From a virus (taxonomy: Duplodnaviria; Caudoviricetes), in the IMG/VR virus record IMGVR_UViG_3300048578_000449, positions 1 through 59,419 of that record: a DNA stretch of 59,419 bases; one strand, given 5' to 3'. This document shows positions 39,109 to 50,196 of this stretch, piece by piece (the stretch's first letter is position 1; each line of letters begins with the position of its first letter). Under the pieces are notes generated by a model. The model saw only the letters and a program-made list of their open reading frames with translations. It did no database searches and was not told where the DNA came from. The translations under genes and the position numbers were made by a program.

Positions 39109-39942
39109 ATGATCCAAATCATCTGCCCATCGGGCCTGACTGGACGTATCCGCGGAATGAAAGTGCGCGAGGAACGAATCCTCGCCGATCGCAAGCTCGC
39201 TAAAACGGGCGGACAAGTTGAACAGATTCTGAAGGCGTGTTGGGAGGAGACGCTCGACCCCGGGCCCTATGAGTTCGACGCACACGTCGACTGGGGTAAG
39301 GTGCTGCAAGGTGATCGCTTCTACGCCTTGATGCAGATCCGCATCCTGTCCTACGGCCCCGAGTATGCGTTCGCGGTCGGGTGCGAACACCGCAGCTGTC
39401 GCGCGCGGATCGAATGGGAACTCGATCTCAATGACCTACCGGTGCGCACGCTGAGCGACGAAAGCCGCGCCATCTTCCTCGCGGGCAATCGATTCAAGAC
39501 GACGCTGCCGGACGCCCATCGCCAAGTCGCGTTCAAATTGCTCACCGGTGCCGACGAGCGTCGCATGGCGCTTGCGCGCAAGACCGCCCTCGACCAACCA
39601 CTCACCACGATGCTCAACGTGCGAATCGACAGCATCGAAGGGGTCGATCCGAGGAGCAAGCGCCAATTCCTCGATGACCTCGCCATGTCGGATTTGTCAT
39701 TCTTGCTCGGCGAGTTCGACCGCGTAGATTGCGGCGTCGACACGAGCATCGATGTCGAATGCCCGGAGTGCTTCGGCACGAGCCGTATCGATCTCCCTTT
39801 CGAGAAGGGGTTCTTCCTGCCCGACAGGAAGCGGAGGAATGTGGCTCCGAGCAGCTCTTCCCCGACGTCGACACCGAGCACTGGCGAGAAGAGCTCTTCC
39901 AACTCTGCTGGCACCAACACGGCGGCAGCGGTCTCGGACTGA
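39109..39942 (+). CDS. Tail assembly chaperone (T4 gp26/gp51-like, Zn-binding)
   Basis: [19 protein letters not shown]; CEHRSC; CPEC; position before the tape measure. Confidence 0.7.
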   Translation: MIQIICPSGLTGRIRGMKVREERILADRKLAKTGGQVEQILKACWEETLDPGPYEFDAHVDWGKVLQGDRFYALMQIRILSYGPEYAFAVGCEHRSCRARIEWELDLNDLPVRTLSDESRAIFLAGNRFKTTLPDAHRQVAFKLLTGADERRMALARKTALDQPLTTMLNVRIDSIEGVDPRSKRQFLDDLAMSDLSFLLGEFDRVDCGVDTSIDVECPECFGTSRIDLPFEKGFFLPDRKRRNVAPSSSSPTSTPSTGEKSSSNSAGTNTAAAVSD

Positions 39943-40061
39943 CCTGGGACGCGGCGCTTGAGCTTTCGCTCGATGAGCGCCGCTGGCTGCTCGAGCGCAT
40001 CGAGCGGCAACGCGAACACGAGTCACGAGAGTTGGCAAAGGCGAGCAAACGTCGGAGGTAG
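39795..40061 (+). CDS. Putative -1 frameshift extension of the tail chaperone (G/GT-like)
   Basis: In-frame slippery heptamer C CCT TTC (39795-39801); -1 frame open to 40061 ([20 protein letters not shown]). Confidence 0.55.
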   Translation, partial: PFREGVLPARQEAEECGSEQLFPDVDTEHWREELFQLCWHQHGGSGLGLTWDAALELSLDERRWLLERIERQREHESRELAKASKRRR

Positions 40062-40064
40062 AGA

Positions 40065-42743
40065 GTGCTCAATCAAATGGGCCTGGGATTCGTGTTCACC
40101 GCGCGCGATCTGGCCTCGAATACCATCAACAATCTCGAGCGTAACTTCATGAGCCTCGACAAGCGGGTGGGGCTCGGAACCGAGCGCCTGCAGTCGAGTT
40201 TTCAGCAACTCGGGACGGGGCTAGCCGTCTTTAGCGCGGGCGCCGTCATGGTGGGCGGAGCCTTTGCACTCGCCAACATCTCAGGCGAATTCGAGCAGGC
40301 CATCGCTGCCGTCGGCGCCGTATCGGGAGCAACAACCGAGGAGCTACAGCAACTGCGCGACGCAGCCATCGAAGCCGGTGTCGCCACGCAGTACTCGCCG
40401 ACCGAAGCGACGCTCGGACTCCGTGACCTTGCCCAAGCGGGATTCAACGCGCAGGAATCCATCAAGCTCCTCATCCCGGTCCTTGACCTGGCAGGCGGCT
40501 CGCTGGGCGAGCTGTCACCGCAGCAAGCCGCTGGGCTCGCTGCGCAGGCCATGAAGGCGTTCAGCCTCTCCGCGGACGACGCGTCCATCTCCGTCGACCG
40601 AATGCTTCAAGCGGTCAATGTCTTCGCCCTGAACGCGTCCGAGCTTCCACTCGCCCTCGGCACGGCTTCCCGTGGTGCGCAGACCCTGAACCAATCGCTC
40701 TCCGAAACACTCATCTCGCTCGGCCTCGTCAAAAACGTCATCCCGAGTGTGGAGCGGTCATCGACGGCCGTTGCGGTCGCGATGGAGCGAATGGTCGATC
40801 CAAGCGTGCAGCAAAAGCTCAAGGGGCTAGGCGTGGAAGTCACCGACTCGCAACACCGTTTCCGCGCCTTCCTCGACATTGTCGGGGATTTGGCGCCGGA
40901 GCTCAATCGGATGAACGATGCGGAGCGCTCGTCATTCTTGCTGAAGACCTTCGGCACCGAGGCGCTCGGCGGCGTCAACGCCATACTCACCCAGTTGAAC
41001 GGCGGGATTCGTACGACCGCTGGCGTGACCGTCAAGGGTGCCGATGCCATCAAGTACCTGCGCGACCAGTTCGAAAACGCAGGCGGCACCGCCGCCAAGT
41101 TCCGCGAACAGATGCTCGATACGTTCGAGGGGCAGAAGAAACTCCTTCGAGGATCCCTCGAGACCCTCGCCATCGTCGCGGGCGAACCTTTCACCCAAGT
41201 CCTGAAACCCGTCGTGTCCGGCGTGGTCGACATGGTCAATGCGCTACTCGCGGTTTTCCGCGGGCTACCCGCGCCCGTGAAAAGGGCTTTCGCCATGTTT
41301 ACAGTCGCCGCTGGCACGGTGTTGTCGCTCGTCGGAGTGGCCATTACCGCCAAAGCGTCAATGGCTCTGCTCGCGATTGCGCTCAAGGCCGCGGGCATCA
41401 CCATGGGAGGATTCCTTGCTACGATCGCTCCCGCCGTCCTCGCTGTCGGTTTGCTTGCGGCTGCCGTTGCTGGCTTTGTACTTGCCTACCGGAGCAACCT
41501 CGGAGGCATCGCCGATTTCGCCAACGCGGTTTGGCAGAAGGTCACGCTTGCGTACCGGGGGCTCGCGCAGCTCTTCCAGCAAGGGGGATTCTCGGACGCG
41601 GTACGCGACGATCTCAACCGCGCCGAGAATCGTGGGCTCAAGGACTTCCTCATCAACCTGTACCTTTGGGGCAATCGCCTCCGAGTGTTCTTCAGCGGCA
41701 TCGCCGAGGGTTTTTCGAACGGACTTGTCGCCGCGCGCCCTGCCATTGACGCGTTCCTCGGAGCGTTGCGACTGCTCGGCATCGCGATGGGTTTTCTCTC
41801 GGACCGCGATGATGCCTCCGTTGCCGGCGCCAAGTTCGACGAGTTCGGGGCGACCGGCGTCCGAGTCGGCAATGCTCTAGTCAAAGTCGTCGAATTCCTC
41901 GTGCAGGTCATGACCGCCGTCGTGCGCGTGGGCGAAGGCATCGCGCGCAGCTGGCACATGGTGACGGCGAGTGCGGGACTCGTCACGAACGCCTTTGGCC
42001 AACTCGGCTCACAACTCAGCGATTCGATGACCTACCTGACGGGCACGAGCGACGCTGCGTCAGAAAATGGCAGCGCGTGGGTCAGCCTCGGAAACGTGAT
42101 CTCGGTCGTCATCGGAGTCATCGTATCGACGGTGGGCGTTCTCGTTGCGGCCGTTTCCGCGGCAACGGCTCTGATTAGCGCCGCGATTCAGACCGTGATC
42201 AGTATCTTCTCGGGCCTGGCCGACGTGGTAACCGCCGTCGTCTTCATCGTCGGCGGCATTATCAACGGCAGCTGGACGGATGTTTGGATCGGGATGAAGC
42301 TGGTCGTCTTTGGTGTGGTGGACGCCATCATGGGCACGCTGCTCGAACTAGCCGGTGCGATCGGCGGCACCATCGACGCGATTGCGGGCTTGTTCGGAAT
42401 GGACACCAAGATGCAGTCGGGCATGCGGACCTTCAAAGACATGCTCCACGAAGGCATGGCTTCGAGTTTCGGGGTTGAGGGGCTGACCTTCACCCCAGCC
42501 CGGTCGTCGCCCACCCGACCGGCGCAGCCGACTGACGTGCCGGGCGCACTTGGATCAATGCCTGCCGTCGCCGCGGCTCGAGCCATGAGCGCCCAAGCGC
42601 CAGCGGCAACTCCGGCGCCTGCGCCTCCCCAAGCGCCCGTGGTCGTGCAGCTGCAGGTGGACGGGCAAACGCTCGCGACCGCCGTGCACCGCGCCGACCA
42701 GGACTCCGCGGGTCGCGCCTTCTCCCCCGTGCCTTCGTACTGA
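40065..42743 (+). CDS. Tail tape measure protein (TP901 family)
   Basis: [25 protein letters not shown]; TQYSPTEA; Ala/Gly-rich helical repeats. Confidence 0.92.
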   Translation: MLNQMGLGFVFTARDLASNTINNLERNFMSLDKRVGLGTERLQSSFQQLGTGLAVFSAGAVMVGGAFALANISGEFEQAIAAVGAVSGATTEELQQLRDAAIEAGVATQYSPTEATLGLRDLAQAGFNAQESIKLLIPVLDLAGGSLGELSPQQAAGLAAQAMKAFSLSADDASISVDRMLQAVNVFALNASELPLALGTASRGAQTLNQSLSETLISLGLVKNVIPSVERSSTAVAVAMERMVDPSVQQKLKGLGVEVTDSQHRFRAFLDIVGDLAPELNRMNDAERSSFLLKTFGTEALGGVNAILTQLNGGIRTTAGVTVKGADAIKYLRDQFENAGGTAAKFREQMLDTFEGQKKLLRGSLETLAIVAGEPFTQVLKPVVSGVVDMVNALLAVFRGLPAPVKRAFAMFTVAAGTVLSLVGVAITAKASMALLAIALKAAGITMGGFLATIAPAVLAVGLLAAAVAGFVLAYRSNLGGIADFANAVWQKVTLAYRGLAQLFQQGGFSDAVRDDLNRAENRGLKDFLINLYLWGNRLRVFFSGIAEGFSNGLVAARPAIDAFLGALRLLGIAMGFLSDRDDASVAGAKFDEFGATGVRVGNALVKVVEFLVQVMTAVVRVGEGIARSWHMVTASAGLVTNAFGQLGSQLSDSMTYLTGTSDAASENGSAWVSLGNVISVVIGVIVSTVGVLVAAVSAATALISAAIQTVISIFSGLADVVTAVVFIVGGIINGSWTDVWIGMKLVVFGVVDAIMGTLLELAGAIGGTIDAIAGLFGMDTKMQSGMRTFKDMLHEGMASSFGVEGLTFTPARSSPTRPAQPTDVPGALGSMPAVAAARAMSAQAPAATPAPAPPQAPVVVQLQVDGQTLATAVHRADQDSAGRAFSPVPSY

Positions 42744-42750
42744 ATTCTTT

Positions 42751-43266
42751 ATGTCCTTTGACGCCGCAACCGTCCGTGCGCCCCGCTGCACCCTTGTCAA
42801 CGTATCCACCGCCGAGTCGATAGAGTGTCTCTTCAACCCGACGCAGCTCGCCGAGAAGCTGCAGGTCAATTGGAACCGCCTCGTCGTGCCCGGACTCTCG
42901 CACCAAGTGCTTCAATTCCAAAGCACGAGCAACGCTCAGCTTCCGAACGTCGAGTTCTACTTGGACCGTTTCTTCGCAACCGCGAATGGTTCGGACGCGA
43001 TCCTTCGCGAGTTCCGCGCTTTCCTCCGGTCGCTGACGGTACCGGTCGGCAGAACCGAAACGGTCGCCGCAACCGCGCCGCCACGTGTCATCGTCATTTG
43101 GCCCGAGGTGCTCACGCTCGAATGCGTCGTCGGAAGCGTCGAGTTTCAGTACCGCCAGTTCGGCGCCGACGGTCGGGTGCTTGTGTATACGGCGACAGTT
43201 GGGTTCGAAGCGATTTTGGACATGAGGGTGACGAGCGAGCCGCGCCGACGGCCCGGAAACCTATAG
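42751..43266 (+). CDS. Tail tube initiator / CIS tube-like baseplate hub protein
   Basis: [20 protein letters not shown]-like motif YRQFGADG. Confidence 0.75.
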   Translation: MSFDAATVRAPRCTLVNVSTAESIECLFNPTQLAEKLQVNWNRLVVPGLSHQVLQFQSTSNAQLPNVEFYLDRFFATANGSDAILREFRAFLRSLTVPVGRTETVAATAPPRVIVIWPEVLTLECVVGSVEFQYRQFGADGRVLVYTATVGFEAILDMRVTSEPRRRPGNL

Positions 43267-43316
43267 CCTGTCTATAGTCATATTATTGGTTGCTGCGTGG
43301 CGGTTTCAGGCTATAG
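43261..43316. promoter_or_regulatory. 10-bp inverted repeat with three CTATAG palindromes; putative operator of the moron cassette
   Basis: CTATAGCCTG (43261-70) / CAGGCTATAG (43307-16), third CTATAG at 43272. Confidence 0.5.
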
Positions 43317-43787
43317 ATGCATTCTATGAACCCCTCGGACACGGATGAGATGGTCCTGCTACCTGTTCCTCGGCAGTATTATCGCGAGGTTGTGAGCCAT
43401 CTGGCGCACCTGATGGCAGCCGAACCCTCTGCCGAACCCACAAGCGCGAGCATTTGGACCGTCGAACAGATTGGACGCCTCGCGCGACAGCCGCTCAATC
43501 CCACTATCCGGGCAATGCTTGAGCTCGTCGCGGGCGCCCCGGACACGCGGTTTTGTTTGGCGGACGTTCAATCACGTGCGGGCACGGATTACGGGCAGGC
43601 GCGTGCACATCTCGCGGCATTCACGAAGCTCCTCCGTAAGCATTTCGACCGAGAGGATTGGCCTATCCGCGTCGAGCAAGGACCGGATGGCAAGCTCTAC
43701 TACCACGCCTCTCCTTACTTCGCCGAATGCTGGACTAAAACATCAAGCACAGCGCATCCATCGCACCCGAAAGGAAAACAGCCATGA
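43317..43787 (+). CDS. Winged-helix-like hypothetical protein (DUF6416-like), moron
   Basis: IRAMLELVAGAPDTRFCLADV...ARAHLAAFTK...WPIRV...YY. Confidence 0.55.
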   Translation: MHSMNPSDTDEMVLLPVPRQYYREVVSHLAHLMAAEPSAEPTSASIWTVEQIGRLARQPLNPTIRAMLELVAGAPDTRFCLADVQSRAGTDYGQARAHLAAFTKLLRKHFDREDWPIRVEQGPDGKLYYHASPYFAECWTKTSSTAHPSHPKGKQP

Positions 43788-44044
43788 CCAACGAAGCGAA
43801 CCAAGATCGACCGGAACACGTCGTCTACTTTCACTTGAAGCGAGATGCTTCCGAACCGAATACGCGAAAACCAGCAAAAGGATCAGGTATCGTCTACTTA
43901 ACGCTCTGCGGTCGTTGGGTCTACGACTCGATCGCCTCCGACGTGGATTGTCCCGATCGCTGGGTCACTTGCCCCAAGTGCGCGGAGCTAGATCCTCATC
44001 CCGAGTTCCGCGGTAGTCCTGCGCCGACGTTTGGTTCGCGGTGA
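43784..44044 (+). CDS. Small Zn-binding hypothetical protein, moron
   Basis: H...TLCG...VTCPKC; AAGGA RBS; ATGA coupling. Confidence 0.55.
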   Translation: MTNEANQDRPEHVVYFHLKRDASEPNTRKPAKGSGIVYLTLCGRWVYDSIASDVDCPDRWVTCPKCAELDPHPEFRGSPAPTFGSR

Positions 44045-44184
44045 CGCACGAAGCACTACAAGTGCCCCTATCGTCTCTTAGGTCCTAAGTCTCCGTATGC
44101 ATTCCGCGTTCAAGGTCACCGCTTGCGAGTACGTGGACAGGCCGACTAATCTCGAGCTCGACACCAACGCGGGAGCGTGTTGAC

Positions 44185-44586
44185 ATGGCATGGAATGCTG
44201 AAGAGATCATCCGCGCAATCGAAGAGACTACGGTGGGAAGCGGTAACCTCGGCGTGGTGAAGGTTGGCCGTACGAACAACTACGTTCGGATCTATGGCCC
44301 TTCTGTGGAGACAAAGAGTGGCGCGCCCTGTCTCGTCATCGAACGCTACAACGGAACGGTCGCGGTCAACGTCGAAAGCGTTGCTGGTGCGCTTCGTTTC
44401 GCGACGCGCCCGAAGGACAAGACCATCAGACAAGATCCACTTGGCGCTAGCTCAGGAGCTGTTGGAAATTTCGGCAGTGCAGATTGGGCGTTATGTTCGA
44501 AAGACGCTGAGCAGCGATACCTGACACTTTCCGACTACGCTCGCACGCTGGTCGGCGCCATGAAGGACGCCCCCGGTGCTTGGTGA
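44185..44586 (+). CDS. Hypothetical protein, moron
   Basis: 133-aa ORF with GGGAG RBS. Confidence 0.5.
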   Translation: MAWNAEEIIRAIEETTVGSGNLGVVKVGRTNNYVRIYGPSVETKSGAPCLVIERYNGTVAVNVESVAGALRFATRPKDKTIRQDPLGASSGAVGNFGSADWALCSKDAEQRYLTLSDYARTLVGAMKDAPGAW

Positions 44587-44667
44587 CGTCAGGGCGGAGA
44601 AAAACTACCCCGCCCACCCACCGCGACGCTGATTGCCGTCCTAGAATTCAACGTAGGTTCCAGCGTC

Positions 44668-45159
44668 TCATTGCGGCAGCCCCTTCTGGAGCTGATCGAG
44701 CTCCTGCTGATTTCGCGCGAGATCTGCTTCGAGCGACTTGTTCGCTTCCCATCGTCCACCCGTCTTGACGCAGTCAACCATCTGCTTGTCGACGAGCCTC
44801 GCAATGTAGTGGTGCATCGCCACATGCTTCTGATAGCAGGTGGCCAGAGCCACTTTACCAAGAGACGCACAGGATTGATTCAACGGTGTCGCCTTTTCGG
44901 CGAATTTTGCGATTGCCTCTGCTGGTACGTGAGGAGCAAAGTCCATGCACATAAGCAGCGTGGAATCCACGAACGCAGCGACACTCCGCGGTCCACCTGT
45001 TGCTTCGTTAGCAGAGCCTACCGACGGTGCCGACCCGCTGACTGCCGAAGCTTTGGGTGAGGCAGCAGAGCTCGCTGGCGCGCCGGTCTCGCGTCCCGAG
45101 GACTTCCCGCAAGCAACCGCGCACGCGAGCACTGGCAATAGCCATGCCTTCATAGTCAT
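44668..45159 (-). CDS. Lipoprotein, moron
   Basis: MKAWLLPVLACAVAC lipobox, Ser/Ala linker, Cys-containing domain. Confidence 0.65.
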   Translation of the reverse strand: MTMKAWLLPVLACAVACGKSSGRETGAPASSAASPKASAVSGSAPSVGSANEATGGPRSVAAFVDSTLLMCMDFAPHVPAEAIAKFAEKATPLNQSCASLGKVALATCYQKHVAMHHYIARLVDKQMVDCVKTGGRWEANKSLEADLARNQQELDQLQKGLPQ

Positions 45160-45246
45160 TGGAACTTCCAGAAAAAGCCGAGCGTGAAATCTCCCTCTTC
45201 CTCCCTCGCGACGTCAATGGCGAAACGTTGATTGCGCGTCGTGGGC

Positions 45247-45278
45247 GTCCCCTGCGAGCCGATGCTCAGCCCCTTTGC
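45247..45278 (+). promoter_or_regulatory. Class-1 promoter restarting the baseplate operon
   Basis: GTCCCC-N21-TTTGC-N6-TGAG; GTG at 45288. Confidence 0.7.
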
Positions 45279-45287
45279 CACCTTTGA

Positions 45288-45629
45288 GTGCCTCTTCAAC
45301 CCGGTTCCCGCCACGGTTTCACTCTCGGCGTACGCGACGAGCATGGCCGGCTGTACCTCACCGAGCGTGAGCCGTACGGCTTCGTCGAGCACCCTGACAC
45401 GCGCGAGCACGTCGTGGTGCAGGGCGACACCCTGTTTCACCTCGCGGGCCGCTATTTTGCGCCTTTGCCCCGCGCTTGCGGCTTTTGGTGGGTGATTGCG
45501 GACTTCCAACCCGATCCCATCATCGATCCGACGCTTGAGCTCGAGGTTGGTCGGAGGCTCTTCATTCCCTCACTGCGCGTCCTCACCGACGTGATCCAGG
45601 GCGAGGAGCGCCGGAGGTACGTCTCGTGA
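45288..45629 (+). CDS. LysM/tail-X baseplate protein
   Basis: HVVVQGDTLFHLAGRYF; WWVIADF; GRRLFIPS. Confidence 0.85.
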   Translation: MPLQPGSRHGFTLGVRDEHGRLYLTEREPYGFVEHPDTREHVVVQGDTLFHLAGRYFAPLPRACGFWWVIADFQPDPIIDPTLELEVGRRLFIPSLRVLTDVIQGEERRRYVS

Positions 45630-46903
45630 CCGGTCGGCGCGAGGCACCAGGCGTGAGAATCACGCTTCTCTCGAACGAGCGCGCTCCGAGCGGCGAGCGG
45701 CTCGATCTCGACGGCCGCATTCTCGGCTTCTCGTTCGAGGACTCGGTCAAGAAGGCCGACAAGGTCACGCTGCAGCTCGACAACTTCGACTTGAGCCTCT
45801 TCGAGCGTTCCGAGCTGGTGAGCGGCGCCATCGTCGAAGTCTGCTGGGGCTACCCCGGAAACATGTCTGCGCCGAGGCGCGTCGTGCTCAAGAAGTTCAA
45901 GGGGTTCGAGGTGCTGAGCTTCGAGGGACAGGCAACCAGCGTTCTGCTCAACCAACAGGCGCGAACCCGAGCGTGGAAGGGCAAGACGCGAAGCGACGTC
46001 GCGCGCGCCATCGCCGCGGAGCATGGTTTCACTGACCCAACGCTCGACATCGAAGAGACCCTCGTGCCCCTCGACACCATCAATCAGGTCGGGGAGACCG
46101 ACGCGCGGTTCCTCAAGCGCCTGGCTGCGCGAGATGCCTTCGACTTCTTCGTCGACGACCGGGGTTTTCACTGGCGGTCGCGCGATCCATCGACGCCGCC
46201 GACACACGTACTCACGTGGTTCTCGGACCCAGGGCGCGGAGACATCCTCTCCATTTCCGTTGAGTCTGACTTGACCCGCCGTGTCGGACGAGTGGACGTG
46301 AAAGGGCGCGACCCACTCACAAAGTCGAATCTGTCCTCGAGCTCGGCAAACAGCAACGTGGACCGACCGACCCTCGGCACCGTGGTCGAAGTAGTCGATC
46401 CGCGCACCGGTAGCACCTCGCTTCAACAGCGAAACGCGACCGCCACCATACAACCAAGCGCTGGCGCTGACGCGGCAAGCGCCGAGCGAGAGTCCGCCGC
46501 GCGCTTCCGCAAAGCAGAGCGGGACACCCTCAAGCTCTCCGTGCAGGTGGTTGGCGATCCAAGCCTCCGGGCGAAAACCGTCATTGAACTTCGCGGGATA
46601 TCGTCGCTATTGAGCGGAAAGTACTACGTGACGGAGGCCAAACACGCGATCTCATCCTCGGGGTACGTAGTCGATCTGAAACTGACGCGCGACGCAGGTG
46701 GACCGCGTGGCGCGGCCGCTGCTGCCAATGCGGGGCAAGCGCAGTCGGGTCAGCCCAATCGCAACGAAGCCGCCACCGGCGGCGCGTTAACCCCCGTCGA
46801 GGTCATCGATCACCGGACGGGTACGGCACGGGTCGAGTATCGGCGCAACGGTCAATCCATTGGCTCGAGCGATCCGGAAGCTCGCGTCATCAAACCGCTT
46901 TGA
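45626..46903 (+). CDS. Baseplate hub / late control D (GPD) protein
   Basis: FEDS.KKAD.VTL.LDN; [16 protein letters not shown]; VVGDPSLRA; SGKYYV. Confidence 0.88.
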   Translation: MTGRREAPGVRITLLSNERAPSGERLDLDGRILGFSFEDSVKKADKVTLQLDNFDLSLFERSELVSGAIVEVCWGYPGNMSAPRRVVLKKFKGFEVLSFEGQATSVLLNQQARTRAWKGKTRSDVARAIAAEHGFTDPTLDIEETLVPLDTINQVGETDARFLKRLAARDAFDFFVDDRGFHWRSRDPSTPPTHVLTWFSDPGRGDILSISVESDLTRRVGRVDVKGRDPLTKSNLSSSSANSNVDRPTLGTVVEVVDPRTGSTSLQQRNATATIQPSAGADAASAERESAARFRKAERDTLKLSVQVVGDPSLRAKTVIELRGISSLLSGKYYVTEAKHAISSSGYVVDLKLTRDAGGPRGAAAAANAGQAQSGQPNRNEAATGGALTPVEVIDHRTGTARVEYRRNGQSIGSSDPEARVIKPL

Positions 46904-46913
46904 GGGGACCTCG

Positions 46914-47492
46914 ATGAGCCAATTCGACGACGACACCGATTCCGACGACACCCGGCTCTTCGGTCTCTACATGGGCTACGTCACTGACCGTCGCGATCCC
47001 GAGCGACTGGGGCGCGTTCGGGTATGCGTCCCTGGGGTGCTCGAGCCAGAGAGCGCGTGGGCTTGGCCGCTCGGCACCGGGGGCGGAGGAAGCAAGGACA
47101 ACGGACTTTTCAACGTGCCCGAGGTGGGCGCCGAGGTTGGTGTCTTCTTCGACCAAGGAAGCATCGAACGCCCCCACTACCTTTCCGCCCATTGGGGCAA
47201 GCCTGGCGGGCGAAGTGAGCTACCCGAAGAAGCGCAACGCGACCCACCCGACAATCGAGTGCTCTCAACCAGGACGTTCCGCATTGTGCTCGATGAGACC
47301 GAAGGCTCACGCAGACTCCGCCTGACCAACAAGAAAACAGGCGACCACCTGGAGTTCGACGCCGAAGCCAACGCCATCACCCTCGAATCCACGACCGCCA
47401 TCACGCTTCGGGCCGTGGGCGCCATCTCGCTCGAAGCCACTCAAATCACGATTGCCGGCCGCGTCGTGCGGCCGATTGTCGATCCCATTTAG
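46914..47492 (+). CDS. Baseplate spike protein (gpV/gp5 OB-fold)
   Basis: [17 protein letters not shown]; [15 protein letters not shown]...P. Confidence 0.88.
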   Translation: MSQFDDDTDSDDTRLFGLYMGYVTDRRDPERLGRVRVCVPGVLEPESAWAWPLGTGGGGSKDNGLFNVPEVGAEVGVFFDQGSIERPHYLSAHWGKPGGRSELPEEAQRDPPDNRVLSTRTFRIVLDETEGSRRLRLTNKKTGDHLEFDAEANAITLESTTAITLRAVGAISLEATQITIAGRVVRPIVDPI

Positions 47493-47503
47493 GCGAGGTC
47501 GTC

Positions 47504-48178
47504 GTGCAGCTGCCGATTTGCATCGAAATCCCACCCCTCGAAGACCCGTTCAAGCTGACGCTTCCCGGTGGCATCGAGATTGAGCGCGTCGATTTGCTCG
47601 AAATTGTGCAGCCGGCGCTCGCTCCGCTGATGCCCATCTTCCGCATCGTGGACACCATCGTCGCGCTATTCAATTGCCTGAAGGCCATCCCCGATGCCCT
47701 CGGACCACCTCCCGACCCCTCGGCACTGGCTGCGTGCCTCCCCGAACTCGCGAAGAAAATCTCCGAGCTGCTTCATCTCATGCCGCAGCTGTCCCTGCCG
47801 TACCTCGTCCGCGAACTCATCGGCCTCGTCATTGACGCCTTGAGCAAAACACGCATCGCACTCGTGCATCTTCAGGCGCAGATGCAGCAAATCTTAAAAG
47901 CGGTGGACCGCGCCACGGAACTTGGCGACGCCGGGCTGATGGCCATCACGGTCTGTGCGCAGACGAACGTCGCGCAAGAGGCAGCCAATCTAGGCAAAAT
48001 GCTCGCGAGCCTCGGCAAGATGATTGGCATCCTGAATCTCTTCCTTGGCATGCTCGGATTGCCCGAAGTCCCAAACCTGTCGCGCCTCGCGGGTCAACCC
48101 CTCGATACCGTCATCGAGCCCATCAATGCGCTCATCCACACTTTCGAGCGTGCGCAACGGGCGGTGCCGCTTCCATGA
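47504..48178 (+). CDS. Hypothetical helical baseplate-region protein
   Basis: GAGG RBS; coupled to the gp25-like gene. Confidence 0.6.
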   Translation: MQLPICIEIPPLEDPFKLTLPGGIEIERVDLLEIVQPALAPLMPIFRIVDTIVALFNCLKAIPDALGPPPDPSALAACLPELAKKISELLHLMPQLSLPYLVRELIGLVIDALSKTRIALVHLQAQMQQILKAVDRATELGDAGLMAITVCAQTNVAQEAANLGKMLASLGKMIGILNLFLGMLGLPEVPNLSRLAGQPLDTVIEPINALIHTFERAQRAVPLP

Positions 48179-48555
48179 GTCTGACCCTTCGCAATCTGCT
48201 CATCCCGTTTCGACGCGACAAGAAGCGCGACTTCGCGGTCGGAACGGCAGAAGCCTTGCTCGCCTCCAAGGTGCGGCAAGCGCTCTTGACCGAAGGCGAT
48301 ACGCCGCGGTCCTCGGGCGAGCTTCCCTGGCGGACGGCATTCGGAGCAGCGCTGGGGCTGCTTCGTCACCGAAGCAACGACGCGACGGTCCGAGAGCTCG
48401 CTCGGGTCTATGTCGAAGACGCGCTTCGGCGGTGGGTGCCGAACGCTTCCCTCATTGAATTCAGCGTTCAGCAAAATGACTCACAAGCGTTTCTCATCGT
48501 AAGAGTGACGGACCGACACTCGACCGTAGCGGTCAACGTTCCGCTCGGCAGCTGA
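48175..48555 (+). CDS. Baseplate wedge protein GPW/gp25
   Basis: LLT...GELPWRTAFG..L..L; ALRRWVP. Confidence 0.82.
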   Translation: MSLTLRNLLIPFRRDKKRDFAVGTAEALLASKVRQALLTEGDTPRSSGELPWRTAFGAALGLLRHRSNDATVRELARVYVEDALRRWVPNASLIEFSVQQNDSQAFLIVRVTDRHSTVAVNVPLGS

Positions 48556-48635
48556 CGCTCGGCGGCGCCAGGGGGAATGGCCGGAGCCCCCCTGTATGCC
48601 GCTCAAGCTCCCAAAGCGCGTTTGGGCGGCTTGCT

Positions 48636-49679
48636 TCACTGCAGATCGAACTTGATCCTTCGCAATACGTAGTCACGTTGCTTGCCGGCCTCGGCATGAA
48701 AGAGGAGCCATGCAGGGTCGCTTGCGTACTTGAATTGTAGGGCCGCAAATTCGCTCGCCGTGGTGTACCTGTCCCAGTCGACATTGCTGCCGTGCAAAGC
48801 CTGATTGCGCCACGCAAGCTTGTCATAGTGCCCCGAACTGAAGTAGCTCGGAAAGGTCTCAGTCCAAATCGTGGGTGAATTCTGACAATCAGAAAGGCAC
48901 TTGCGAATCTGCGCCTGTGGCATTGGGTTTGCCGGTGAGCCCACCTTCATGAGCCGAGAGAAGATCTCCTCTGCGGCCGCGAGAAACTCTTCGGTATTGT
49001 TGCGGGGTGACAACGATGTGGATGATGCGCGCCGATATCGCCATTGCAGGTGGCCCACGTCGGGCATTACTCCCGCTTCTGCATGGCCGATATCGGGCAA
49101 AATGTCCAACGCGGCCCTTTCGAAGAAGCCGAGCGGCTGCCACTCTCCGTCTTCGAACCGGGCTCGATCCTGAATATCGTTGTCATGAGCACTGTGGCGA
49201 CCAGAAAATCCCTGGTGCGCCCAGGTATCCGCAAATGAGTGCAGAGCAATACCCGTGCGTATCAGCGCGCGTTTTCTGTCCAAGCTACCGATGGAGGCAC
49301 TGCCCAATTGCGTCAGTGCGTTGTCGAGCAAGTCCGAAGCGATCTTTCCATTTGGCCTGACACAGTAGTCGTAGGCGCCGCTTCCTACGTACTCATCTCC
49401 GGGAACGAAGTGAAATGCGATGTAGATCAGACGCTGTACATCCTGGTTTCCGCACGTGAGGTACTGTAGACCGGAATGTGCGGTACAGACCGGCTCAAAG
49501 CGACCACCGATGTGCTGTTCTTCGGCCTCTGGCGGCGCGTTCTGGATAGCGATTGGTTTATGTTCAGTGGCGTCGTCGACGTACTGCGAAGCATACGCAA
49601 TCGTTTCGGCTTCGTCGGGCGAGAACCCAGCCTCTCGAGCCAGCGCCTTAATGCAATAGTAATGAAACAGTATGTTCAT
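48636..49679 (-). CDS. DUF6765-like Zn-dependent phospholipase C/P1-nuclease-fold protein, moron
   Basis: FHYY...AGF...IAYASQYVDDA; FHFVPG; GIALHSFADTWAHQGFSG; IGHAEA; antisense and lower GC. Confidence 0.65.
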   Translation of the reverse strand: MNILFHYYCIKALAREAGFSPDEAETIAYASQYVDDATEHKPIAIQNAPPEAEEQHIGGRFEPVCTAHSGLQYLTCGNQDVQRLIYIAFHFVPGDEYVGSGAYDYCVRPNGKIASDLLDNALTQLGSASIGSLDRKRALIRTGIALHSFADTWAHQGFSGRHSAHDNDIQDRARFEDGEWQPLGFFERAALDILPDIGHAEAGVMPDVGHLQWRYRRASSTSLSPRNNTEEFLAAAEEIFSRLMKVGSPANPMPQAQIRKCLSDCQNSPTIWTETFPSYFSSGHYDKLAWRNQALHGSNVDWDRYTTASEFAALQFKYASDPAWLLFHAEAGKQRDYVLRRIKFDLQ

Positions 49680-50147
49680 CCCCGTCTCCGTGCGATTGCC
49701 AGAACTCAGCACGTCTGCGAACCGCTCAAGTTCAATACAACACCAAGGATTCGTCTCGACAGTGGTTTCGAGGGGAGTGCTCCTCACGCGCCATCAGTTG
49801 CGTCTACTGGCGCGATGCTCGCTTGGGATTTCCGTTGGGAGTGACTGCACTTCTGACTGCGTCAACAAGCAGAGTCGATTGGAGCCTCACATCAACGCTG
49901 GACGCCGGACAAGAAGACATGAACTTTGGAGCAAGCCGTCCGCCGACCGCGCGATCGTAAGGCACGCAGTTCGAGCTGCCGATATTGGTCTACCCGCAGA
50001 CGTCCGGACCCAAGTGTTGGCCTATGAATTGGCTCAACACGGCCAAGCGACTCGTCGCGACGCAGCAGACCACTGTCATGCCCGACTCGGAAGACCGACC
50101 ACCGTCCTCACGATGTTGGGATAGCAGGTGCCCTTTCGGATACGCCT

Positions 50148-50179
50148 GTCCCCTGCCGGGCAGGCCAGGGTGCCTTTGC
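50148..50179 (+). promoter_or_regulatory. Class-1 promoter before baseplate J
   Basis: GTCCCC-N21-TTTGC. Confidence 0.7.
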
Positions 50180-50196
50180 CACCTTGAGGCATCCGC

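Noticed and set aside
49790-50140. Short ORFs in the gap upstream of baseplate J
   Set aside because: No RBS or motif support; probably decayed moron sequence
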